DNA of 64,000 bases from Trichodelitschia bisporula (lineage: Eukaryota). The notes below the pieces were generated by a model. The model did no database searches and had not been told where the DNA came from. It saw nothing but the letters and a program-made list of their open reading frames with translations. The position numbers and the translations under genes were made by a program. Below are positions 23,061 through 33,867 of this stretch, in pieces. How positions within the stretch are numbered: the first letter of the stretch is position 1; each line of letters starts with the position of its first letter. The stretch lies in NCBI GenBank assembly GCA_010356995.1, contig ML996700.1:558001-622000 (forward strand), in the 5' to 3' direction.

Positions 23061-26000
23061 CTAAGCGGAGTCCTCTCCACGAAGCGGCTGCAAACTGTAA
23101 ACACCGTCCTTGACCTGGTAAAAGTAGCCCTTCCTGTCAGCAATAATCGTACGACGCACATCCTCAAGCTCGCGCTCGATAGCCTCGTTCCAATCCGCAA
23201 CAAACTTCTCATGCTCCTTATCGTACTTATCGGGGTGCTCGAGGACCATGTGCACGAGAAGCGCACCGCCCGTCTGGAAAACCTCACGTTCCTTCTGAGC
23301 CTTCTTGTCGTTCACATCCTCAGCACCATCATTGTCCTCAGCACCGTGCTCGTCGCAATAGGAGCACGACGCGGGGACAAAGGGCTCGGGGGGGGGAATC
23401 TCCTCGTCCAAGTCTAAGTTGGCGAAGAGGGCGGCGAGTTTGGCCTCTGCGACTTTGGCTTCAGCCGCGAAAGGCGCCATGGCCGCGCTGGCCTCAGCGA
23501 CTGCCTTGTCAAAGATCTCGGACGCCGGCTTGGGAGGGGGCCCGATGTAGCTGAAGTCGCACAGCTCCTCGAGATCGGGGACCGAGTCGACCTCCTCCAC
23601 TGGCGGGGGCGGAGTCCAATCGGCTGGGACGTAGCCCTGCTTCTGCCACGCGAGCATCATCCGAATGTACTCATCGTGGTCCATGTCCAGGAGCTGCTGT
23701 TTAGTAACGTTCAACGCCCACTCCTGGAAGGGGTTGAGCGAGGGATCCGGCTTGATGATTCTAGGCGGGAGCTCGTAGAAACCGGGGCCACCGTCGGTGC
23801 GCACCTTGAGGTAGTGGTTGCCAACCTTGTGGTATTCATCGCGGCTCACTAGAACTACCTTGTTGTGGGTTTTGCCGACCTTGTGGTGCCCGGCAGCCTC
23901 GAGGGTCGCTGCTGAGCGCTCTTGCTGGTTGTCAGCGGCCACTTCGCTGTCAATATCGCTGTGAGTCTCACTGCGATGAGCTGTACCAGTGCCGAGGTTT
24001 AAACCCATGGCGTAGCCGTCCAGGATTTGCAGAAGGTCGGTGTTGCTCGTGAGAACGTCTGCGTTCTCGGCTTCAGCAGCAGTAAGAAAGCTCTCGATGA
24101 AGTCTTCGGTGTTGCTTGAGGAGACTTTTGCGTTCTTGACTTCGGCAGCAGTAAAGTCCTCAAGGTCGTCAATCACGGAAGCTTTGGCCTTCTTTGCCAT
24201 CAGCTTGCGCGAGTTCCTCTGCTGGGCCGAAAGCGGCTTCCCCTCACGGGAAAGAGTCTCGTCATTGACGGAAGGCACGTCCTCAGGGTCGCTTTCAACC
24301 TCGACGCTGGCAGAAGAAGCCTCGGCTTCCGCCATCCGAGCCGCCTTCCTTGCCTTCTTTTTCTCCTTCAGATTGCGCCATTTCTTCTCTTTGCGCGTGA
24401 GCACCTTCCCCTCGCTGGGGACGTTGTCGTCATGGAGGGGAGGCACGTCCTCGGGGTCGCTACCGGCTTTGAAGTTGTCCAAAGAAGCCTCGACTTCCGC
24501 CTTCAGAGCCGCCTCTTTCTCCTCCAGATTGCGCCGTTCTTTCTGCATGCTCGAAAGCGACTTCCCCTCGCTGGAGACGTTGTCATCATGGACGGAAGAC
24601 ACGTCCTCAGGCTCGCTATCAGATATGAAGCCGCCATGAATGCGCGGGCGAGGAGCCACACGAACGGGCTTGCCGTTATTGCGCGGAGTGTACTCATCAG
24701 TGCTCCACCCATCGTCATCATCATGGACCGCATTCATCTCTGTAGGCTTGCCCATCGAACCTGCGCTCGAGGGGGGACGGGCAACGGCCACTTTAGCAGA
24801 GTCGCTGACAGTGCTCCACTCATCATCACCAGATTCCGCCTTGATCTCTTCCAGCTCATCCATCGCACCTGCAGTCGCCGGGGCTAGGACAAAAGCCTCT
24901 CCAGCAAAGTCGGGGCCGGAGAGAAACTCCAACTCAGCTTTGGTAGCGGGGGAAAGATACGCCTGGGCACGAGACTCCATCGCACCTGCGGTCAAGGGGC
25001 CTTGCGCAACGGTCTCTTCAGCAAAGTCGGCGCCGATAAGAAGCTCCAAGTCACGCGTGGTAGCAGAGGAAACACGCGCCTGGGCACGAGCCTCGCTCAA
25101 CACAATGGTGGTGTCGATGAGCTCAAAAGTGCCACCCATGCCGTCATCAGCATCGGAGTTGCCAGTCTCGACTTGCTCATCGGCAGGAACGACGAAGTAA
25201 GCGCTACCCATGTCGGAACTAACGTCTTCAGCTGCGATACCGGAAGCAACGACTTCAGCTGCGATGCCGGAAGCAACGACTTCAGCTGCGATGAAGGAAC
25301 CAACGTCTTCAGTCGCGATGTCGAAAAGAACGTCTTCAAGCGCGATGTCGAAAGCAACGTCTTCAGCCGCGATATCTGACTGCGTGCCGAAACCAAGGTC
25401 TTCAGGCGCGACACCAGACCGCGTGCCGGAATAAATCTCTTCAGCCGCGATATTGAACTGCCTGTCGCTTGTAAGTTCGATAAGCTCGCCGATGTCCTCG
25501 ATGGGGGATTCCGAAGTTCTAGCCGACTTAACTGGATTAACCGGCAGACCGGGCAGGAGGAATTCCGCGGAATCCTCAGAAGCGATGCTCATAAGATCCC
25601 CCAAGTTCGGGGAAGGAATCAAAGCAGGAGTCTTATAAGGTTTCTGGTTCACGGAAGCCTTGAATGCCTCGGTGTCCAGCTCAGACAAGTCTAAGATCGT
25701 GTTCTTGGAAAGCTCGGCGCTGTCAGGCCGCTTCGGCTGTTCGAGAAGAGGCTCCGGTGTCAGATCGACAAGAGGCTGTGTCGTCGAATCGAAAAGAGGC
25801 TGCGTCGGCTGTTCGAGAAGAGGCTGCGATGTCAGATCGACAAGAGGCTGCGTCGTCGAATGGACGAGAGACTGCGTCACATCGACAAGAGGCTCCTTTG
25901 AGACACTGACAGGGGCCTGCAGATCATGTGCCAGGTCGCGCTTCGGAATATTCGCCGGTGCCTTCTTTGCCGGAGATGTCGCGCTCTGCTTTGTCGCCGG

Positions 26001-27650
26001 ATGCTGCGCCGCGATCTTTGTCTGAGACTTTTCCAGAGGCTTCTTTGCTGGAAACTCCGGGGGCTTGATTGCCGGAAGCTTCGGCGCGTGCTTTGACAGA
26101 AGAAGGCTCGAGACATGCTTTTTCGGCGAAGCTTTGTCGGCAGCCTTCGCATGTTTGCTTACCGGAAGCTTCGGAGTCGTGATTGCAACAAGCTTCGGCG
26201 CGTGCTTTGACGCATAAAGGCCCGTAGCAGGCTTTTTCGGCGAAGCTCTGTCGGCAGCCTTCGCAGGCTTCACAGCCGGGCTCTTTGCGGGATATTCCGT
26301 CAGATCCATCTTCGTCGAGTTCTGTCCCGCATCTTGCAGCTTGCGTGCCGCAATCTCGATCTGCTTAGCATGCATACCGCCGCACGTACAGTCGATCTCG
26401 TGCTTAGTGGCATCGTGCAGGGCCTTGCTGCGAAAGAAGGGGAACCGCCGGCCTTTGCACTTCAGACAGAAGAGATGCTCCTCCTTGGAGGCATGACGGC
26501 TGAGGTCTTCAATGAAGGAGAACGTCATCCAGCAGACCGTGCACTGGAAGCCCGGATGAAACGTGCACAAGGCCTTCGTTACATCGACTTTGTACGATTG
26601 ACTCTGCAGCCTACGCACAGCAATAGCCGTCTCTTTGGCATGATTGCCGCCGCACTGGCAGTCAATCTCGTGCTTGGAAGCATTGTGATCAGCAAGGCCG
26701 ATGAAGAAGTCGAACTTCCTGTTGTTGCACTGCTTGCAGTGGAGATGCTTCTCCTTGGTGACATGCTCATCGAGGTCTTCAATGTAGTCGTAGAACACGC
26801 CGCAGACGCTGCAGCGGAAGCCCGAGTGCTCGATGCCCGCTTCCATCAAGGCTTGGTAGGACTTCGGCAAGTTGAACTTGTCCGGTTGGGGCTGAAGCTT
26901 GCGCGCAGCGACATCGATCTCCTTGGCATGAATGCCTTCGCACTCGCAGTCGGAATGGTGTTTTGCGGCGTCGTGTGCGGCCTTGCTGGCGAAGAAGGGG
27001 AACGGCCGATTGTTGCACTGCTCGCAGTAGAGATGCTCTTCCGCGGTGGCATGCTCGGCGAGATCTTCGATGCAGTGGAATCCGCTCTGGCAGACGGTGC
27101 ACTCGAAGCTATCATGGGGCCGCATCGCCTGGTGTGCTGTTTTCCGTTTAGCAAGGTTCTTTTTACGCTGCTGCCAATCCTTCAACCAGGTCTCCTCAGT
27201 GCGCCAAGGGAGCCCATTCAAGCCGTGAGCTTTGATGACATGCTGCTCGAGCTCGGCCTCAGAGCCAAAATACGTCGTTTCGCATACGAGATCCCAGTCC
27301 GGGCGCTGCCAGAAGCAGATGATGCACTTGCCGTCACAATATGCTTCGCACTCCTTGAAGCCCGCCTTGTGCACCCACTGCAGGTGGAGCATGAGGTGAG
27401 AGCGCGTGTGATAGAGGGCGTCGCACAACCCGCAGACCCAGATCTTCTTGAGCTTCGGATGTTTCTCGTCGACGTGTGCGTCCAGTTCTTCCTCCGTCTT
27501 GAAACGCGTGCTGCCGCGGCAGGGCTCGCACTCGAATAGACCGTGCATACACATCTGGTGCATGACCCGTTGGCTCTCGGTGCCGTAGTTTTTGCCGCAG
27601 CATTCGGCGCGCGGGTCGACGCTCTTCCAGATGAAGAACTCCTGGGACAT
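23061..27650 (-). CDS. Very large (about 1530 aa) C2H2 zinc-finger protein with multiple internal repeats
   Basis: Uninterrupted ORF with first ATG at 27650 (MSQEFFIWK). Many CxxC..H..H motifs in the N-terminal part, followed by Lys/Pro-rich and acidic repeats. A GTAAGT...TTTCAG intron just upstream (about 27713-27783) leaves the start uncertain. Confidence 0.75.
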   Translation of the reverse strand: MSQEFFIWKSVDPRAECCGKNYGTESQRVMHQMCMHGLFECEPCRGSTRFKTEEELDAHVDEKHPKLKKIWVCGLCDALYHTRSHLMLHLQWVHKAGFKECEAYCDGKCIICFWQRPDWDLVCETTYFGSEAELEQHVIKAHGLNGLPWRTEETWLKDWQQRKKNLAKRKTAHQAMRPHDSFECTVCQSGFHCIEDLAEHATAEEHLYCEQCNNRPFPFFASKAAHDAAKHHSDCECEGIHAKEIDVAARKLQPQPDKFNLPKSYQALMEAGIEHSGFRCSVCGVFYDYIEDLDEHVTKEKHLHCKQCNNRKFDFFIGLADHNASKHEIDCQCGGNHAKETAIAVRRLQSQSYKVDVTKALCTFHPGFQCTVCWMTFSFIEDLSRHASKEEHLFCLKCKGRRFPFFRSKALHDATKHEIDCTCGGMHAKQIEIAARKLQDAGQNSTKMDLTEYPAKSPAVKPAKAADRASPKKPATGLYASKHAPKLVAITTPKLPVSKHAKAADKASPKKHVSSLLLSKHAPKLPAIKPPEFPAKKPLEKSQTKIAAQHPATKQSATSPAKKAPANIPKRDLAHDLQAPVSVSKEPLVDVTQSLVHSTTQPLVDLTSQPLLEQPTQPLFDSTTQPLVDLTPEPLLEQPKRPDSAELSKNTILDLSELDTEAFKASVNQKPYKTPALIPSPNLGDLMSIASEDSAEFLLPGLPVNPVKSARTSESPIEDIGELIELTSDRQFNIAAEEIYSGTRSGVAPEDLGFGTQSDIAAEDVAFDIALEDVLFDIATEDVGSFIAAEVVASGIAAEVVASGIAAEDVSSDMGSAYFVVPADEQVETGNSDADDGMGGTFELIDTTIVLSEARAQARVSSATTRDLELLIGADFAEETVAQGPLTAGAMESRAQAYLSPATKAELEFLSGPDFAGEAFVLAPATAGAMDELEEIKAESGDDEWSTVSDSAKVAVARPPSSAGSMGKPTEMNAVHDDDDGWSTDEYTPRNNGKPVRVAPRPRIHGGFISDSEPEDVSSVHDDNVSSEGKSLSSMQKERRNLEEKEAALKAEVEASLDNFKAGSDPEDVPPLHDDNVPSEGKVLTRKEKKWRNLKEKKKARKAARMAEAEASSASVEVESDPEDVPSVNDETLSREGKPLSAQQRNSRKLMAKKAKASVIDDLEDFTAAEVKNAKVSSSNTEDFIESFLTAAEAENADVLTSNTDLLQILDGYAMGLNLGTGTAHRSETHSDIDSEVAADNQQERSAATLEAAGHHKVGKTHNKVVLVSRDEYHKVGNHYLKVRTDGGPGFYELPPRIIKPDPSLNPFQEWALNVTKQQLLDMDHDEYIRMMLAWQKQGYVPADWTPPPPVEEVDSVPDLEELCDFSYIGPPPKPASEIFDKAVAEASAAMAPFAAEAKVAEAKLAALFANLDLDEEIPPPEPFVPASCSYCDEHGAEDNDGAEDVNDKKAQKEREVFQTGGALLVHMVLEHPDKYDKEHEKFVADWNEAIERELEDVRRTIIADRKGYFYQVKDGVYSLQPLRGEDSA

Positions 27651-27853
27651 GAGGACCGGTCGCGCGTTGGTGCGGAGCTCAAAGGATGGCGCTTGCGGTT
27701 GCAGGTGGGAATCTGAAACCGAGGAAATCAGTATTGTTTTCAAGCAAGGCGATACAAATCGCAAACGCTTGAAGCAACTTACCTGCAAACTTGCAAGACA
27801 ATGGGAAATAAGGACTGGTAAACAGTGAGACTTTGTTGACAAAGGGTAGGGAA

Positions 27854-28043
27854 CGGTAGAAAGACGACACCAAGTCGCGAGGAGGGGATACCAACGATGA
27901 GCAGTTGTCTCTGCAAGAAAACAATCAGAGTTGAGGAAGAGGGGTGCGGTAGAAAAACACGACACCAGGTCGCGAGGAATGGGGGAATTGACAACAATGC
28001 GCAGATGTCTCTGCAAGAAAGCAATTGGAGTTGAGGAAGAGGG
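27854..28043 (+). repeat. Imperfect tandem duplication, about 93-97 bp x2
   Basis: CGGTAGAAA..ACGACACCARGTCGCGAGGA and TGTCTCTGCAAGAAA..GAGTTGAGGAAGAGGG each occur twice; units start at 27854 and 27947. Confidence 0.85.
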
Positions 28044-29878
28044 TTAAGTTTGCGAGAAGGGTAAACATACGAACTTTATCAGCCTTTGGGAGGCCTGTGC
28101 TCAGCCAAACGGCCAAGACCTCAAGGCTGGGTGCGAGCGGCTCGGCCCGCGCGCCTGGCGCGAATGGACGCCAGCATCTTCCACACCATGCCAAGAGTGC
28201 ACGATACATATCCAGGCTCTCAGCGTGCCGGCCTATGCATCATCAGCTTACAACAACTCCCACCAAAAACACCACCAGAAACCCGAGCCAAAAGCAAATC
28301 TTCAACCTTACATCCCTGAAAAACCCTCCAAAATAGCAAAAAGATCATCCTTTCGGACTACGAAAACCCCCACTCTTCAGTGGCCAGCTCAAGAATAGGA
28401 GTTTTACTACCGAGAGTCGAAACCCGGGGGGCTGACCAGCGGGAGTGGAATGGTCTAGGCAGACGAAGTTAGCTGCTATACTCTGCCCCACTCGACCATA
28501 CTGCCCCGGATCCCCGTGCCCTCGACAAAATAATTTGCTGGAACGGGGTATTTAAGGGGAGATCCGGATATCATACATACTATGCAACGCCACAAACTAG
28601 ATTACTCCACCTCAGCAGTGAGCCCTTTCTTGACGGCCGCAGAATTGATGCAGTGCAGCAGACTGAGCGTGATCTCGGGCTGGTTGAGATGCCATTTGAG
28701 CTGGTAGAGCGAGGGACACAACGGCGGTATGGCTGCCTTGTATGCTATTCGTGGCGATATCGGTTCAGACAAGGCTTTTGAAAAGCAGCGCCCACTCTGG
28801 ATGGCAAATACATCAGGCGCATTTCAGACAGATCCATCGAGCAGGATGTCGAGTGATTGAATATAGGCCAATTGTCCCAGTGGTGATCATGCATCGTGTC
28901 CAGCCCCCTTCGAACTCATCCGCGTCCCTCGAGCAACATGCCGTCCACCTAGCAAAGATGCCGTCAAGCCTCACAAATCTGCCATAATGAGTCTGCAGTC
29001 CCACCAAGAAAGGCAGCATACCATTCTCAATTCAGAGCCAATATTCCCCTCCCGTCCCAACTTCATCCCCACCCCAACACCCTCCTCGTCCCCAACCCAC
29101 ACCCTGGTGAATCAAAGGATGAGAAAGGCGCCCACCACACCGCCGAGCCAAAACCCAGCAACAGTGGCAGACAGGGTCGAAAGGTCCCAGCGAAGGGGAC
29201 AATTCAGCGGCGCGAGGCCGCTATGCACAGTCAGTTACTTCAAGTCAGGCAGGAGACGTACCCAGGTATCCAGAGCCCATTCCTCCTCATACCAAATACC
29301 AAAGTACCAAAAATACCGAAAACGAAGAGTTTCACGAGAATCACGGGAATCACAGTGGAGAGCGTCGGGACGCGTCGGAAGATATCAGGTCTAGTTAGGC
29401 GGTCGTACGGAAGAACACCAAACGAATCGCTACGTGAGCCAGGAGGTACCGCCCCTCTCGCTACAGCGAACTTGTAAGGTTGCGAGGGCAAAAGGAGCGG
29501 ACCTACCGCAGCAAAGAAACTCCGATCGTCCCGAGATCCGCAAGGCCAGGAGGCACAACGACCGATCCCTATCTATGTTACACCACCTGTTATAGTGTTA
29601 GTGTCTGGGGTTGAAGTCGAGTCAGCTCAGACAGCTCACTGTTACTTACGAAAAGCAGTCATCCTCCGTAACGCCTCTACTCCGGGTATCGTTCGACCAC
29701 GTAGTTCTAGTGAAAAGGAAAAGTTCGCACAAATGTCGCTGTTTCCGGCAAATAACGCTGTCGTAAGAGAATTCGAGATATGGAAATGATGGTACGAGGG
29801 CAAGCCACCGGCGAAGGTTAAAGTCCCGGTGACCAAATCATGTCCGAAAGGGAGAAACGCATGTCCAGCAAAAGGCAG

Positions 29879-32409
29879 TTAGCGCCGCCCAGGTCCCCTC
29901 GGTCCAGGGTTATCGCGATCATTGTAAAGGTTCCGCTTCGAATTCCCAGCGCCCCTGTTGCCGCCACGGCCCCCGTTTGAACGAGATCCACCACCACGGC
30001 CAGTGCCTTGGTTGCCGCCACCCCAGCCATTGCCTTGGTTGCTCTGGTTGCCCCCATTCCAGCCGCCGCCACGACCACCCCGGGAAGGACCGGCACTGGG
30101 AGCACGAGGGTTAGAGGGAGGCCGCCCCCGAAAGTTGTTACTCTTCCTAGGCGGTGGATTCGGCAAGTGACTGTGCGGCGCAGGTGCAAAGGAGTCGTAC
30201 GGGCTGACCGGCTCGTTGCTGACTTCAAGCATGATCTTGCGCTGCATTTCGTAGTCATGGTAGTAACCCCCGAAGGCAGAGACTAACAGCGACTTCTTCT
30301 CCTTGAACTCCTGCGGCAGATCCAAGGCCAGGTCGGACATGCGCCTGGTGATATCATCGTAAGCCCTTGAAAACAGATTTTTGATCTTTTCTGCACCGCT
30401 GGTTCCGCCAGAGATATCATTTGTGGGCAGGTTGGGGTCAATGATTTGCCACTTGTTACGCCCAAACTTGTCTGCCTTCTGTTTTCATCTGCATTAGTGA
30501 CGTCCACACTGCCGCTTGCGACTTACCTTTCTAGGATAGCCCGGGGGATTCAGGCTGATGGCGTTGACTTGCATCTTGAACTCCTTGCCCCAGAACTTAA
30601 AGAAATCGAGCAACAGCCTCCCTAGGTCCATATCATGCTCTGCACCGGGTGGAGGAGGCCCAGCTGGGAAGAGATGCTGCAGGCGGCTAACGATAAGACA
30701 CACCGTCGAGAAGCCACCTAAACCCCCAGTATTAACTTCGTTGAGGCCACGCATGAGAAGAAACTGTTTGACCAGCAACGTCATGACCGGAAGTTGGGGA
30801 AATTGATGAAGCCATTGGATGTATGTATCCACAGCCTTGACGCCGCCGAGATTATCGAAGGAAATATCGACGGGAAGCCCAGTAATCCGATCCTTGTATT
30901 TAAGAATCGGAACACGGGCTTTCGTAATGCAGTTATCACTGCCTGGACTAAGAAGGCCGGCGTTACTGAGGCAAGCCACAACCCTACGCATAAAGTTGAG
31001 TTTGATAACACGCGCCCCCAAGCCCGTAGCCTCGAACTGGTGTGACACCATCACGAGGTCGAGATCGCCGGTAGGCAAGTACATCCCCGTGGGGAAGGAC
31101 CCGAAGCATCGAATACGAGACTCTGGAAACGTCTGGCTGATCGCAGTATTAACCCGCGCGATAATCGTCTCACGAATCTGCTTTTCATGCTCGCGAGGCC
31201 GCAAGTACTCGTACAGATCGATGATCTCGTTGTGGAGCCACTTATCCACAGGTTTGCTGGAATGGTCTTTTTGGACCCACGGAGCCGGATCCCTCTCCGG
31301 ACCATGGGAGGCCCAGTAACCAGGAATCATTGTCGTGGGGCGCGCATCCATGGCACCTTTCCGCTTGCGTGGGTTCGGCAGAGGCGAAGGCTCCTCTTCT
31401 GTGTCCGATATGACAACAGGGATAGAAATCTGTTGATCAGACGAGGATTCAACCAAGCCTTCTTCCGCGGAATCGTCGTCCAGGACGATGACCTGACGGG
31501 TCTTCGTGGTGGTTGCTTGCTTGCTAACATGAAAAGTCAGGCTAGGGGGTGGAGGACGCTGCACGGGGGGCGGCGGGTTTATGGAAGGGTGTAGCTGCTT
31601 AAGATGACTGAAGCTTGGCGATTCTCCGTTTTGAACGACAAAGTTCGGTCCTGGTTCAGGCACGGGTGCCTGAGGCTCATCATCAAACGATATAAAATCG
31701 TCGTTAGCAACGACAGAATTCCGCGCTTGAGCAACATCAGCAGCCTCGAGCTTGGCCTTGCGGATGAGTTTGACAACATCCTTTTTGGGGCCCGTGTACT
31801 CAGGAGGCAAAACAGTGTATGGATCTGGGTTCGACCACTTGGGCGCAACGTCGCTGCCTTCAGCCCCCTTAGCCCGCTTACTAGGCCGGCCATTGGCAGA
31901 CTCGGGGTCAGATTCGGGAGAATCCTCAAACACCTCATCGGCATCCTTGAAGCGCGGAGGGCCGTCAGTCATGCCGGTCAAGCGCTCAGGGGTTGGCTCG
32001 CGCTCGCCAAGGGCGTTCAAGATTTTACGGTCGTTTGCCTTATGTGGTGCGTATGGAGCGTAGGGGCGTCGACGTCCGCGCGGCCCGTTGGGAACCTCGC
32101 TCTGGAACTTCGGCTGTTGATCAGAACGGAACGTGAAGTCTCCCTGAGGAGGACGGTAGCTGAAGGCAAGGTCAGTGGCTATCCGTGAAGTGTATGTCAG
32201 TCTTAATACCTGTCGGTACCACCGAAGTGGAAGCCGTCACCGCCGCGAGGACCCTGTGGATGCCGACGCGGAGGCGAGTTCGAGCGGCGGTTGAAGTCAG
32301 GACGACGCGGCAATGGGTGACGATCACGATAACCATCGCGATCACGGCCAGGCCGATAGGAGTCGTTGCGGTCGCGATGCGCGTCGTTGCGACGACTGGA
32401 ATTCGCCAT
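29879..32409 (-). CDS. cid14: Non-canonical poly(A) polymerase of the TRAMP complex (Trf4/Cid14); introns about 32160-32209 and 30480-30526
   Basis: WLHNEIIDLYEY, FGSFPTGMYLPTGDLDLV, ARVPILK, DISF, LNEVNTGGLGGF, IIDPN..NDIS. RGG-rich C-terminus. Confidence 0.93.
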
Positions 32410-33734
32410 CGCGAGGACGCTGCGCCGCGGCAGGAGCTAGCAGTGATATGGCTGGCAAGCAACCGAGATACCGCTTGATTCGAGAGATACAGTCACCTCT
32501 GCGAGTAATATAGTAATGGAGAGGTTTGTAAGAGTGAGGTTGCAAGTGCAGGAGTGAGGAAAATTAGACTTGGCCTGCTTGGCAATCAAGGACGTGGTAC
32601 AAAGTGGCAAGGTGATGATGTGGCTGGTACCAGTGGGAGGTGGCGGCGGAGCGACTCGAATGGTCTGTGGCGGAAAAACAAAGGACCGAAATCCGCGGCC
32701 TCAGTGAATGCATGGTGAGGGGACAGAGGGCCTCATAGAAGAGATGTAAGATCTACGATGGATTTGTATAGTCAAAAAGACGTGCTTTGGAAGCTGCTGC
32801 TTAGAGAGATGTGAGGACAGCTTCATAACGACCCAGCATTCAACCTTTAAGACTAACCAACCTTACAGCTCCTTCGGAGGAATGTTCGTCCACATTCCCT
32901 ACTTACGAGTTCCCCATAGTCTATGGATTTCCTCATTGTACTCAACCCTCTGCTTCTGCTTCCCAGATCCCACTGTCCTCCTGGAACGCGCAGTTTGGCC
33001 GTAGGAGTCTTTGACTCTCATTCCCCCGGCCAGGAGCTCTCATGGCATCCAAGGTTACACCAACGTAACCTTATATGACGTCGAGACGAAGCCAAAATGG
33101 CTATCTCTCACAACAATATTTTACATACATCGACCTTATTCCCCTTGCCTAACACTGTCTCGACCTCCTCAACTGGGGAGAGTCGTATATGTTATGCAGC
33201 TGTCAAAGCATGACACAAGTGCAGCGCACTAAGGTTAGGCGAGGGCTGGTTGGCTGGAGATTAGAGCGGGGTACCCCGCAACGGACAACACTCGGTGGTT
33301 GCCCCACCGTACGAGTATGTGACTCGGTTTTCTCTCTCCGGTCAGCTCAGTTTGGGAAAACATCTAGGGCAGGGAGACACGAGTTGAGGCAATCCTCTTA
33401 TTCGTTTTGGAGTGAGAACAGTTTTGCGCACGGATTACTGTTTGGAGGAGTGACGCTGAGGTAGGATTTTGGTGGCGCCACCAAGCGGGTGGCTGCTTGA
33501 CAGCTGCGGGGCACAGCATATCGCCGCACTTCAAACTCAAGATTCACAACACGCAAACGTCGAAGCATGATGGAGGAGAAGCAGATATATTGGCAATCAG
33601 AACTTCCAGTGCGTAACAGTCCTTATCCGCCTCCATCCTTCCATTTTCATCTCAGTCCGCCATCCGTCCTCGCGGTCGTTCGTCGTCCGAGTTGTGAGAG
33701 AGAAAGGAAAAGTCGAGCTCCAGTGGACCCGGGC

Positions 33735-33867
33735 TTACTTCTGTTGCATGCGTGAGCAATCTGCTTCAAGAGATGAGAAGAAGAAGAAAACCTACGCCGC
33801 AGTTGCAGGCGCCCTGAGCGCAGCCGCACGAGTCGCACGAGCACGATTCAGATCCACAGCCAGGCAT
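33735..33867 (-). CDS. Metallothionein, 25 aa (MPGCGSESCSCDSCGCAQGACNCGK); intron 33741-33795
   Basis: 7 Cys including three CxC pairs, no aromatic residues. GTAGGT donor, GCTCAC branch and CAG acceptor, then AAG TAA. CATAAAAG TATA-like box about 135 bp upstream. Confidence 0.85.

Noticed and set aside
27651..28016. N-terminal extension of the 1651-aa ORF
   Set aside because: It has a non-ATG start and contains a canonical intron and a tandem repeat, so it is probably 5' leader.
28520..29830. Possible snRNA or RNase MRP (Sm-like AATTTGCTGG; AAAGTCCCGG)
   Set aside because: These are isolated partial motifs without the diagnostic U1/U2/U4/U5 or P4 sequences.
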